The translations under genes and the position numbers were made by a program. Of a DNA stretch of 64,000 nt, positions 41,385 through 50,381 are shown piece by piece. Origin of the DNA: an uncultured Verrucomicrobiota bacterium (GTDB lineage: Bacteria; Verrucomicrobiota; Kiritimatiellia; PWTM01); contig CAZSUU010000011.1 of the NCBI GenBank assembly GCA_964610105.1, positions 21,394-85,393 of the forward strand, written 5' to 3'. The stretch's first letter is position 1. Every line of letters starts with the position of its first letter. The notes under the pieces are model-generated. The model was given only the letters and a program-made list of their open reading frames with translations, did no database searches and was not told where the DNA came from.

Positions 41385-44300
41385 ATGAAAAGACTTCTCA
41401 GCTGCCTGCTGGCCGTTTCGGCCATTCCCGTTTGCGCGTCGACGCTCGAAGAGGATTTCCGCGATCCGCCGGTGAGCACCCGCCCTTACGTGTGGTGGCA
41501 TTGGTTGGGCCCCAATTTCTCCAGGGACGGCATCACGAAGGATCTGGAAGCGATGAAGGCCGCGGGCATCGGGGGCGCGACGATCTTCAACATCAGTTCC
41601 TCGGTGATGGAAAGCCACGCGCCGACGGAGAACAACCCGTGGCCGGACCAGACCTACCGCGGCGCGAAATACTGGGAGGCCATCCGTCACGCCGCGGCCG
41701 AGGCCGACCGCCTGGGCCTGGAGGTCGGCCTGCACAACACGGTCGGCTACTCGACCACCGGCGGGCCATGGATCGACGAGCCCCGCAGCATGCAGCGGCT
41801 CACATGGAGCCAGGTCGAGGTCGCGGGCGGGACGACCGTGTCGGTGAAACTGCCGCCCCCGCCGCTGGACGCGGACGAGGGGTGGGGCAAAACGGGCCGC
41901 ACGCTGTCGTGGTTCAAGGACGTCGCCGTGCTGGCCGTGCCGGCCGGCCGCGATGCCATCGGACTGGGCGACGTGCTCGACCTGACGTCGAAAATGGCGG
42001 CCGACGGTACGCTGAGCTGGATGGCGCCGGCCGGCTCCTGGACCGTCTACCGTTTCTGCCACGCCTCCACGGGGCGTCCCCCGCACCCCGTTCCCGACGA
42101 CGTGCTGGGCCGGGTGCTCGAAGCGGACAAGATGAGCCTCGAGCAGACGAGATTCCACTGGGAGTCCGTGATCGGACCACTTCGGGAACACCTGGGGCCG
42201 CTGTTCGGCAGGAGTTTCCGGCACTTCCTGATCGACAGCTACGAGGCGGGCAACCAGAACTGGACGCCCGACTTCCGAGCCGAGTTCAAGAAGCGCAAGG
42301 GCTACGATCCGCTCCCGTGGCTCGTCACGCTCGGCAACCCCGTCCAGAACGGCCGCGGCAAGACACAGCGCGCGATCGGCAGCGGCGCGGAGACCGCGCG
42401 CTTCGAGTGGGACTACCGCGACGCGATCGAATCGCTGTTCTTCGACAACGGGTGGAAGCCGGCCGCGGACCTGATCCGCGCCGCCGGGGCGGCGCTGCAG
42501 CACGAGCCCTACGGCGGCCCGTTCGACACGGTGGCCGGCGCCGGGCTCGCCGACTTGCCGATGGTGGAGTTCTGGACCGGCCATGACGTGTCCGTGGATC
42601 AAAACGTCGTGGGGGGCGGACGCGCGATGGGGCGCCGCGTGATCGGCGCGGAGGCGTTCACGGGCGGGCCGGGACAGTCGAAGTGGAACGAAAAGCCGGG
42701 GCCGCTCAAGCGTTCGGCCGACGGCGCGTTCGTCGGCGGCGTCAACCGGCTTGTCCTTCACCACTGGGTGCACCAACCGTTCGACGACCGCTGCCGGCCG
42801 GGCTTCGGCATGGGCTGGTGGGGGACGCACTTCAACCGCCACCAGACCTGGTTCGAGCCGGGCAGAGAATTCTTCCGCTACCTCGGCCGCTGCCAGGCGA
42901 TGTTACAGCGCGGGGAAACGCCGGTGGCGCACGTCAGTGTGGAGGCGGCGCACGACGGAGGCGACGCGATTTCGCGGCAGGTGTTCCTGTCGGACCTGGC
43001 GGTGAAGGGCGGCGAGGTGGTCGTGGCCGGCGGGCGGCGGTATCGCCTCCTGCACGTGCCGCACGACGGCGCACTGCTCCCTGCGATGGCGGAGCAGGTC
43101 GGGCGCCTTGTGGAGGCCGGCGCGACGATCGTGTCCCCCGCGCCGAACCGCTCGCCGAGCCTGGCCGACTACCCGGCGTGCGACGAGCGCGTGAAGGCGC
43201 TGGCCGCCACGATCTGGGGCGACGGGAGGGAGGCCGTCCGCAAGGTCGGGAAGGGGACGCTCTATGTGAACGGCGACCTGTCGGCGGCGCGGCGAGACCT
43301 CGGGATCGTGCCGGCCTTTCAGATCCTGGGCGGGCGGGCCGGCAACGTCCGCGTAACCCATCGCGCGGAAGGTGGGACGCAGTGGTTCTTCGTGGCCAAC
43401 ATCCAGTCGCGCCCCTCGGCGTTCAGGGCTTCCCTCGCCGTGTCCGGGATGCAGCCGGAGTTGTGGGACGCCGAACTCGGGACCGTCGCGCCCGCGCCGT
43501 CGTGGCGGATGAACGAAGGCCGCTGCGAGGTGGATCTCGCGCTGGACGCGGAGAAGTCGGTGTTCGTCGTCTTTCGTTCGACGGCTGCGGCGTCTGCCGG
43601 CGTGCCGCCGAAGACGACGCCGGCCGGGGAACCGAAGGAGTTCGCGGTCGGGGGCGCGTGGAAGGTGGAGTGCCGGCCTGTCATGGATAAGCCGTTCGAC
43701 ATCACCCTCGATGCGCTCGCGTCCCTGTCCGCGCAGAACGATCCCGCGCTGAAGTACTTCTCCGGCACGGCGGTCTACCGCAAGACCTTCGCCGTTCCGC
43801 CGGCGGTTCTGGCCGGGGGCGGAAAAGTCTTCCTCGACCTGGGCGCGGTGCATGACCTCGCGACCGTGACCGTCAACGGCCAGCCGCAGGGCGCGTGGTG
43901 GCACCCGCCGTTCGCGCGCGACGTGACGTCCGCGATCCGGGCCGGCGAGAACACGCTTGAGATCGCCGTCGCCAACACCTGGCACAACCTGCTGGTGGGC
44001 GACGAGCAGCAGCCGGTCGATTTCGAGTGGGGCGCCGACCGCGGCGGCAACGGGCGGATGATGAAGGGGTATCCCGAGTGGTTTCTCAAGAACCGGCCGC
44101 GCCCGTCGTCGGGCCGGAAGGGTTTTGTGGTCTGGTACTACCACCGCCCGGATTCGCCGCTGGAACCGGCGGGGTTGCTCGGGCCGGTGCGGCTGATCTC
44201 GGCGGTCGAATCCATGATCGCGGCGAGAGGGGGGAACGATCCCGCGGCGGCGGGCGGCGATTTCGAGGCGAACGTCGTGAGAGACAACCTGCTCAGGACA

Positions 44301-44741
44301 CACCTCGCGCGGGTCGAAGATCAATGCTCGCACAAGGGCGGCGGGAACGACGCGTCGGCGCTGTTCAACGGGACCGCCCGCAACGGGGAGGGCGGTTCGG
44401 AGACTCTGGACGACGGGCAGACCTTCCGCGGCTACGCGGCCAGCGACTGGCTGGTCCTGCACTTCAAGCAACCCTGCGACATCCGCGAGGTGCGGACCTT
44501 CGCCGGCCACCGGGACGGCCGCGCCAGCCAGGGCTACGACGTCCTGGCGGCGTACGCCGCGGAACCGGGCCGGTTCGTGAAGATCGGCTCCGGAGCGAAG
44601 ACCGCTCAGGGGGCGTCGGAGGTGCGCGTGCCCCTCAAGGCGGACCGTGTGACGTCCGTCCGGCTGGAGTTCAAGAACGGGCCGGAGGGGTTCAACGTCT
44701 ATCGGGAGATCAATCTCGTCGGGACCGCGAGCCAGCCATGA
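41385..44741 (+). CDS. secreted GH106-like large glycoside hydrolase with C-terminal F5/8 type C (discoidin) domain
   Basis: Signal peptide; N-terminal PYVWWHWLGPNFSRDGITKDLEAMKAAGIGG typical of PF17132-like hydrolases; C-terminal discoidin-like ...VRLEFKNGPEGFNVYREINLVG. Confidence 0.65.
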   Translation: MKRLLSCLLAVSAIPVCASTLEEDFRDPPVSTRPYVWWHWLGPNFSRDGITKDLEAMKAAGIGGATIFNISSSVMESHAPTENNPWPDQTYRGAKYWEAIRHAAAEADRLGLEVGLHNTVGYSTTGGPWIDEPRSMQRLTWSQVEVAGGTTVSVKLPPPPLDADEGWGKTGRTLSWFKDVAVLAVPAGRDAIGLGDVLDLTSKMAADGTLSWMAPAGSWTVYRFCHASTGRPPHPVPDDVLGRVLEADKMSLEQTRFHWESVIGPLREHLGPLFGRSFRHFLIDSYEAGNQNWTPDFRAEFKKRKGYDPLPWLVTLGNPVQNGRGKTQRAIGSGAETARFEWDYRDAIESLFFDNGWKPAADLIRAAGAALQHEPYGGPFDTVAGAGLADLPMVEFWTGHDVSVDQNVVGGGRAMGRRVIGAEAFTGGPGQSKWNEKPGPLKRSADGAFVGGVNRLVLHHWVHQPFDDRCRPGFGMGWWGTHFNRHQTWFEPGREFFRYLGRCQAMLQRGETPVAHVSVEAAHDGGDAISRQVFLSDLAVKGGEVVVAGGRRYRLLHVPHDGALLPAMAEQVGRLVEAGATIVSPAPNRSPSLADYPACDERVKALAATIWGDGREAVRKVGKGTLYVNGDLSAARRDLGIVPAFQILGGRAGNVRVTHRAEGGTQWFFVANIQSRPSAFRASLAVSGMQPELWDAELGTVAPAPSWRMNEGRCEVDLALDAEKSVFVVFRSTAAASAGVPPKTTPAGEPKEFAVGGAWKVECRPVMDKPFDITLDALASLSAQNDPALKYFSGTAVYRKTFAVPPAVLAGGGKVFLDLGAVHDLATVTVNGQPQGAWWHPPFARDVTSAIRAGENTLEIAVANTWHNLLVGDEQQPVDFEWGADRGGNGRMMKGYPEWFLKNRPRPSSGRKGFVVWYYHRPDSPLEPAGLLGPVRLISAVESMIAARGGNDPAAAGGDFEANVVRDNLLRTHLARVEDQCSHKGGGNDASALFNGTARNGEGGSETLDDGQTFRGYAASDWLVLHFKQPCDIREVRTFAGHRDGRASQGYDVLAAYAAEPGRFVKIGSGAKTAQGASEVRVPLKADRVTSVRLEFKNGPEGFNVYREINLVGTASQP

Positions 44742-44758
44742 GTGCAGAACGGATGGCG

Positions 44759-44858
44759 GGCGGAACCATCTCAGAAGGTGGCGCGGTTGCACGGAGGAAC
44801 GGAAAGAACGCAGTCGGCGCATTGCGCGACCAACACCCTTGGGTTGCAGCTCGCCGCC
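44759..44858 (-). repeat. partial copy D of the repeat family (5' half, reverse orientation)
   Basis: Reverse complement matches cgttcctccgtgcaaccgcgcc...tctgagatggttccgcc and aggcggcgagctgcaaccc; lacks the hairpin half; abuts the vapC stop. Confidence 0.65.
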
Positions 44859-45212
44859 TCAGGCGTCAAGGATCGGGATGCCGTACGAATGAAAGACGGC
44901 GTCGCGCGTCACCACGATCAGGTTCTCGACCTCGGCCTGCGCGATCAGCATGCGGTCGAACGGATCGGCGTGATGCGGCGGCAAGCCCTGCGCGCGCTCG
45001 GCGTGCTCCCGGCGGATGTCGAGCAGCCCGATGCCGTCTGATTGCAGGACATCGATATAGCCGGGTGGAAGTCGGAGCTTGTTCCTCGCCATCTTCAGAC
45101 CGATTTCCCAGATGGAAGCGACACTCAAATGCGCCTGGTTGCGTCCGTCGGAGATGGCGGACCGGGCGGCGGGCGACAAGCGGCCGGGATCGTCGATCCA
45201 CCAGATCGCCAC
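44859..45212 (-). CDS. PIN-domain VapC-like toxin (canonical start missing)
   Basis: SVASIWEIGLK, HHADPFDRMLIAQA, LIVVTRD PIN motifs. The called GTG start omits the conserved N-terminal LLLDSH strand, which is encoded upstream in frame without an ATG/GTG/TTG. Confidence 0.55.
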   Translation of the reverse strand: MAIWWIDDPGRLSPAARSAISDGRNQAHLSVASIWEIGLKMARNKLRLPPGYIDVLQSDGIGLLDIRREHAERAQGLPPHHADPFDRMLIAQAEVENLIVVTRDAVFHSYGIPILDA

Positions 45213-45517
45213 GTGCGAATCCAGGAGGAGTTTCGCGGCCTTCCGCCCTCGGCGACCTTCGTCCGCCTGGGTTTCGGAAGCGGGTAGAGCGGGGCCGAGG
45301 CCGCCCCGGCGAGTTCATCCCCCTGCCAGCAATCGGGCGTCTCGATGACCCTTCCCTTCAGTTGTCCGCCTTTTCGATGGTGGACCGGCGCCGCATAGGG
45401 CGTCATCAGAACGACCGGTTTTCCGGCCTTTCCGATGATCACGGTCTCGCCGGCCAGCACATCGTCCACGAGTCGGGACAGGTGTGTTTTGGCCTGCTGG
45501 ATGTTCACCTGTTTCAC
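45125..45517 (-). CDS. Phd/YefM-family antitoxin (ORF reads ~90 nt into the toxin gene)
   Basis: MKQVNIQQAKTHLSRLVDDVLAGETVIIGKAGKPVVLMTPY typical of Phd/YefM antitoxins; GTG start; 130-aa ORF is longer than the usual ~80 aa because no stop precedes the toxin. Confidence 0.5.
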   Translation of the reverse strand: MKQVNIQQAKTHLSRLVDDVLAGETVIIGKAGKPVVLMTPYAAPVHHRKGGQLKGRVIETPDCWQGDELAGAASAPLYPLPKPRRTKVAEGGRPRNSSWIRTWRSGGSTIPAACRPPPGPPSPTDATRRI

Positions 45518-45520
45518 CAG

Positions 45521-45537
45521 ACCAGACTAAGTCTGGT
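45521..45537. promoter_or_regulatory. perfect palindrome accagact-a-agtctggt immediately upstream of the antitoxin start (candidate autoregulatory operator)
   Basis: 8-bp arms, 1-bp spacer, 4 nt from the antitoxin GTG. Confidence 0.3.
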
Positions 45538-45589
45538 TTCGATAGGAATCAAGCGGATCAATAGGATATTCCCGCCGCCGCAGGAGATG

Positions 45590-45799
45590 GTATTGAAAGA
45601 CCGGCGACTCTGTCCGATGCTCGAGAGGGTCGGAGGGCGACCGCCGATCGGGGCCGCGGAACTCGATGTCGCGCTGTTCTTCCTCTCGGGCCGCCCGAAC
45701 AACAGCATCGCCGAGTTCGCGCTGGACTACACCACCGACCCGGAGCCGCCGCTGGAGGGCACCTGGCAGCCCCTCGAAATCCAGCGCTTCTCGGCGTAA
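45590..45799 (+). pseudogene. C-terminal remnant of a discoidin-domain protein (glycoside-hydrolase C-terminus-like)
   Basis: SIAEFALDYTTDPEPPLEGTWQPLEIQRFSA resembles the C-termini of discoidin domains of GHs in this window (e.g. SVAEFDVVPE); no upstream coding continuity. Confidence 0.3.
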
Positions 45800-45952
45800 G
45801 TGGCCACCCTGCAGCGGACGCCGGAAGGACACCTGCGGGCGGCGGGCTGGCGGCCGCCTTGGTGCGGCGGTTCCGGCGGAATGCGTAAGCGATGCGATCA
45901 TTGGATTCGCGCAAATCCCCGGTGCGTCGCAGGACCGCCGGGGATTTCGTCT

Positions 45953-46130
45953 AGATTGTTCCGCCGTAAGATGACACGCAAATGCGTATGATGTTTTGGG
46001 TTCGGGTTCTCGGTTGCGATGGGCGACGGAACAATCTACCTGTAAGGCGATGCTACGGAACGGAAGAACGGGCGGACAAGAGGCAACGCATCGAGCGGCC
46101 AGGGCCGTTGGGTTGCGGCTTGCCGCCTTA
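45953..46130 (-). repeat. copy C of the ~175-bp repeat family (reverse orientation, both hairpins retained)
   Basis: agattgttccgcc ... ggcgacggaacaatct arms, inner acgcaaatgcgt hairpin, ccgttgggttgcggcttgccgcctt = reverse complement of the 5' block. Confidence 0.75.
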
Positions 46131-46143
46131 GGCCGGAGTAAAC

Positions 46144-48945
46144 ATGAGCACAATTACGCGTTGGCTGATAACAGGCAGCATGGTGGCCTGTGCGACACGG
46201 GGCGATCTGCCCGCCTCGTACCGCGTCGCCTGGATGACGCCGTCGCAGGATTCGCTCGATTCCATGCCCCTATCCGGTCGCCGCGGCGCCGGGGCGAACG
46301 TCTGGGTGCAGGACGGATCGCTCTGGTTCTACCTGGCGCACAACGGCGCGTACGACGAACAGGGCCGACTGTTGAAACTCGGCTGCGTGCGCCTCACGCC
46401 AGTCGATTTCGCGCTCGGCGCCGACGGGTTCCGCCAGGAACTCGATCCGCACACCGGAACGATCCGCCTCGAACAGAACGGATTCAAGGCAACGCTCTGG
46501 TTTGCCGGCGAGACGCTGATCGTGGAGTCCATGTCGGATCCCGGCCGCGCGTTGGAGGTGTCGTTCGCCACCTGGCGGGACCGTGAACTCGAAAACGTCC
46601 GGGTCGACATGATGGGGGCCCGGGGCAGTTTCACGCCGGATCGCGTCCGCGCCGGCCCGGACGGCATCTCGTGGTTCCATCGCAACGCCGACGCGCCGGG
46701 GGATGTTGTCGGGATGGCGCGGGCACAGGGCATCCCGGCGGAAGCGGTCTACGATGTCACCAGTCGCCGGTTGTTCGGCGGCGCGCTGGCTGTTGACGGC
46801 GGCCTCTCCATGCCGACAGAAGCCGCGGTGCGGTGGCAGTTCTGGAACGGCAGGGCCTGGACAGGGCGCACCGCCGCCCGTACGTCGCACGTTCTCGCCA
46901 TCCGGCTCGGCGCGGGACTCGACGCGGACCCGGAGTCGTGGATCCGGGAGGCGAAGGCCCTCCTGCCGCCCGCCGCCCGGGAAGCCGCCCGCGCCGATGA
47001 ACTCGAGCGGTGGAACGAATTCTGGTCCCGCAGCCACATTTGGATTGCCGATTGCCGATTGCCGAATGCCGAATCCGGGCAAGACGGCGTCACAGAGACC
47101 GCGAGTTCAACAAATCGACAATCAACAATCGGCAATCGGGAATCCGATGTCTGGCTCATCGGCCGCAACTACGCGCTGTTCCGCTACATGCTGGCCTGCA
47201 ACCGGGACGGCGAGCTTCCGCTGCTCTTCAACGGCGGTATCTTCACCACCGACAACAACGGGCGGATCAAGGGCAACAACAACGACGAGCTTCCGACTTT
47301 CGAGGGGGAGCCGGTCACGCCCGATTTCCGCCGCTGGATGGGGTGTCGGTTTATGTCGCAGAACCAACGCTGGCTCGGCTGGCCGACGCTGGCGAACGGC
47401 GACGCCGACCTGCTTTGGCCATCGCTGAGGTTCTACCGCGACCGGTCCGTCACCGCCGCGGCGCGCGCGAAGATCCACGGGGCGGAGGGCGTGGTCTACC
47501 CCGAGCCGCTCGACGTGTGGGGGCTCTGCTGCGTCGCGCCCCGGCCCGACGGGCTGTGCGGGGCCGACCACCTGACCTACCACTTCTCCATGATGCTCGA
47601 ACACGCCTGGATGGCGCTGCAGGCGCGCGACGCGCTGGGCATTTCCCTGGCGAAGGACCTGGCATGGATCGAGGGAACGGTGCGGTTCTACGACAGCTTC
47701 TATCGCGCGCAGTGCAAACAGCGGACCGGGAGGGAACTCGGTGACGACGGCCGGCTCGTGCTCTACCCGACGTGCGGGCTGGAATTCGCGGGCGGCGCGA
47801 CGGACGCCATCGAAGTCGTCAGCGGATTGAGGCGCATCACGGCCGGGTTGCTGGCGCTGCCTGATCTGCCCGCGGCCTCGCGTGACCGCCTCCGCCGCAT
47901 CCAGGCCACGCTGCCCGAATTGCCCGTCGGAAACCGGCAGGGCCGGCGCTCGCTGCTTCCCGCAAGGAAATGGGAACGCGACTACAACAAGTGGGAGCCC
48001 ATCGAGATGTACGCCGCGTGGCCGTACCGGCTCGTCGGCATCACGCGGCCGGAGACCCTGCAACTCGCGCGGGACACGTGGGAGACGGTGCCCGGCGATC
48101 GCGCCCGCCTGTGCAAGCAGGACTTCTCGTGGATGGCGAACGTGGCGAACATGGCGGCACTGGCGTGGCCGGAGGAGGCGAAGAAGCGCGCGATCTGGAA
48201 GATGGCCAACACGGCGGCGCCGCAGGCCCGCTTCCCGGCGTTCTTCGGCCCCGGCCACGACTGGCTGCCCGACCACAACTGGGGCGGCAGCGGCATGACC
48301 GGCATCCAGGAAATGCTCCTCGCGCCGGAACCGGGACCGAACGGCAAGCTCAACCTGTTCCCCGCGTGGCCGGCGGATTGGGATGTCGATTTCAAATTGC
48401 ATGCGCCCGGGCCGACTGTCGTCGAAGCTGTGTTGCGCGGCGGGAAGCTGGAATCGCTGAAAGTCACGCCGGAATCACGGACAGCGGACCTTGTCAACTG
48501 GCTTGGCAAAGCGCCGCCCTACACGCCGTCGTCCCCTCCGCTGAGTCAGGGCAGGGTGGTCACGGTTTCCAGCCAGTTCGACCAGCCGGGCTACGATCCG
48601 GCGCGCGCGGTCGACGGCGATCTGAAGACGCGCTGGGCGTCCGACTTCCAGGCCCGTTCGGGATGGCTTGCCGTGGACCTCGGAGAGGAGCATGAAATCG
48701 GCCGCGTCTGGATCAGCGAGATCGAGTGGCCGGAGACGGAGGAGTTCGCGATCGAGGTGAAGCAGGACGGAGAATGGAAGCAAATCGCGCGCGGCACGAC
48801 CATCGGGGCGGACAAGTCCATCGAGTTGCCGCCCGTCCGCTCGCGTGAAATCCGGCTGAACGTCATCAAGGCCAAACGCCCCGTCAACATCAACGAATTC
48901 CAGGTTTTTTCGTCCGATAGAACGCCATCGGATGGATCGCCGTGA
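46144..48945 (+). CDS. GH95/DUF5703-like glycoside hydrolase, paralog 2, with C-terminal discoidin domain
   Basis: N-terminal TPSQDSLDSMPLSGRRGAGANVWV (GH95-like PLGNG-type motif), paralogous to 63048.. and 53651..; C-terminal F5/8 type C (DGDLKTRWASD...NEFQVFSS). Confidence 0.7.
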   Translation: MSTITRWLITGSMVACATRGDLPASYRVAWMTPSQDSLDSMPLSGRRGAGANVWVQDGSLWFYLAHNGAYDEQGRLLKLGCVRLTPVDFALGADGFRQELDPHTGTIRLEQNGFKATLWFAGETLIVESMSDPGRALEVSFATWRDRELENVRVDMMGARGSFTPDRVRAGPDGISWFHRNADAPGDVVGMARAQGIPAEAVYDVTSRRLFGGALAVDGGLSMPTEAAVRWQFWNGRAWTGRTAARTSHVLAIRLGAGLDADPESWIREAKALLPPAAREAARADELERWNEFWSRSHIWIADCRLPNAESGQDGVTETASSTNRQSTIGNRESDVWLIGRNYALFRYMLACNRDGELPLLFNGGIFTTDNNGRIKGNNNDELPTFEGEPVTPDFRRWMGCRFMSQNQRWLGWPTLANGDADLLWPSLRFYRDRSVTAAARAKIHGAEGVVYPEPLDVWGLCCVAPRPDGLCGADHLTYHFSMMLEHAWMALQARDALGISLAKDLAWIEGTVRFYDSFYRAQCKQRTGRELGDDGRLVLYPTCGLEFAGGATDAIEVVSGLRRITAGLLALPDLPAASRDRLRRIQATLPELPVGNRQGRRSLLPARKWERDYNKWEPIEMYAAWPYRLVGITRPETLQLARDTWETVPGDRARLCKQDFSWMANVANMAALAWPEEAKKRAIWKMANTAAPQARFPAFFGPGHDWLPDHNWGGSGMTGIQEMLLAPEPGPNGKLNLFPAWPADWDVDFKLHAPGPTVVEAVLRGGKLESLKVTPESRTADLVNWLGKAPPYTPSSPPLSQGRVVTVSSQFDQPGYDPARAVDGDLKTRWASDFQARSGWLAVDLGEEHEIGRVWISEIEWPETEEFAIEVKQDGEWKQIARGTTIGADKSIELPPVRSREIRLNVIKAKRPVNINEFQVFSSDRTPSDGSP
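47044..47147 (+). repeat. in-frame 104-bp palindromic element built from heptamer repeats (attgccg x3 ... cggcaat x2) inside the GH95-like CDS
   Basis: gattgccgattgccgattgccgaatgccgaatccg ... cgacaatcaacaatcggcaatcgggaatccg; encodes IADCRLPNAESGQDGVTETASSTNRQSTIGNRES, absent from paralog 63048.. (WNRSHIFVAKAGEGAYNL); locally low GC. Confidence 0.55.
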
Positions 48946-50381
48946 TTTGTCGCCTGGCCATTTCGTTCCTGCTGGCCACCCTCTCGGTGCGGGCGGCGAT
49001 CTTCATGCCGGACGGGCGCGTCCGCTCAGATGACTACACGGTGCTGATGGCAGTGGACGCCGAGGCGTCGGACGGGCTGGTTCCCTTCCAGCCCGGCGGG
49101 CATGGCAAGTTTCACCTGCAGGGTTGGCAGCGATCGGACCAGCGGTGCCGTTGGACCATCGGTGTCGAAACGGGCGACACCTACGAGGCGTGGGCCGTCG
49201 TCCGGCGCGGCAACAGTCAACCCGTGCGGCTCGAAGTCGAGGCGGCGGGGCAGGCGGCGGCGGCCGTTTATCCCGCGCAGGCGTCGCGGTGGTGGGAACG
49301 GGTCCGGCTCGATCCTCCACTGAGACTCCCGGCCGGAACGACGGACGTCGCGCTGCGGATCCGAGCGGTGGATGCGGAGTCCGGTTTCGACGCCCAGGTG
49401 CAGGCGGTGGAACTCGTGCGATCTTCCGTGCGCGAATCGTTGAACCGTCGCGCCCTCGCGATGCGGGCGGATCCTGCGTGGTTCCAGCAGGCCCGCTACG
49501 GCGTCATGGTGCACTGGACGAAAGAATCGACGCCGCTGCGCGGCGAGCCCTTGCCCTATCCGCAGGCCGTGGAGGCGTTCGATGTCGAGGTCTTCGCTGA
49601 CCGCATGAAGCGAACGGGCGCAGGTTTCGTGGTGTTCACGACGACGCACGCCCTGCACTACTTTCCCGCGCCGCTGGCGGCACTGGACCGGGCGCTGCCG
49701 GGCCGCACCGCCCGCCGCGATCTCGTCGCGGATCTCGCCGATGCGCTGGGGCGGCGCGGCATGAAGCTGATGTTGTACTACCACCTCGGCGCCGCGAACG
49801 ATCCAGCCTGGTTGGATGCGTCGGGATACCGGGACTCCGACACGTCGCGGTTCTTCGCGCTGTGGCGGGACATGATCGCGGAGGCGGGGAACCGATATGG
49901 CGAAAGACTCGCGGGATGGTGGTTCGACGAGGGATCCACCGGCTACTACCATCGCAACGCGCCGTGGGAATCGCTCGCCCTCGCGGCCAAGGCGGGGAAT
50001 CCGCGGCGGCTTGTGACGTTCAACGCATGGGAACTCATCAATCCGACCGCCTTCCACGACTTCTGCGCCGGCGAAGGCTGCCAGGAGCCGCGCGGTTTCG
50101 GCGGCCTGCTCCGGCCGGGGGGAGACGGCCGATATCCATCCGGCACGCATGCCGGGTTGCAGGCCAGCGCGTGTCTCATCACCGAAAGCGATTGGGGCCA
50201 CTTCGGCCGTGACACGCCGCTGTCCCCGCCGAAGTGGAACGCGGAACAACTGTCGGCGCTGCTGAAGAATTTCATCGCCTGCCGGAACGTCCCGATCTTC
50301 AATCTGGAGATCACGCAGGACGGCCTGGTATCGCCGCGCACGCTGGAGTTGTTCGAACAGGTCAGGAGAACCCTGCCGTGA
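48942..50381 (+). CDS. GH29-like alpha-L-fucosidase family protein
   Basis: Signal peptide; ARYGVMVHWTKEST (GH29-type HW motif), TIM-barrel-like; GTG/ATG start overlaps upstream stop. Confidence 0.6.
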   Translation: MICRLAISFLLATLSVRAAIFMPDGRVRSDDYTVLMAVDAEASDGLVPFQPGGHGKFHLQGWQRSDQRCRWTIGVETGDTYEAWAVVRRGNSQPVRLEVEAAGQAAAAVYPAQASRWWERVRLDPPLRLPAGTTDVALRIRAVDAESGFDAQVQAVELVRSSVRESLNRRALAMRADPAWFQQARYGVMVHWTKESTPLRGEPLPYPQAVEAFDVEVFADRMKRTGAGFVVFTTTHALHYFPAPLAALDRALPGRTARRDLVADLADALGRRGMKLMLYYHLGAANDPAWLDASGYRDSDTSRFFALWRDMIAEAGNRYGERLAGWWFDEGSTGYYHRNAPWESLALAAKAGNPRRLVTFNAWELINPTAFHDFCAGEGCQEPRGFGGLLRPGGDGRYPSGTHAGLQASACLITESDWGHFGRDTPLSPPKWNAEQLSALLKNFIACRNVPIFNLEITQDGLVSPRTLELFEQVRRTLP

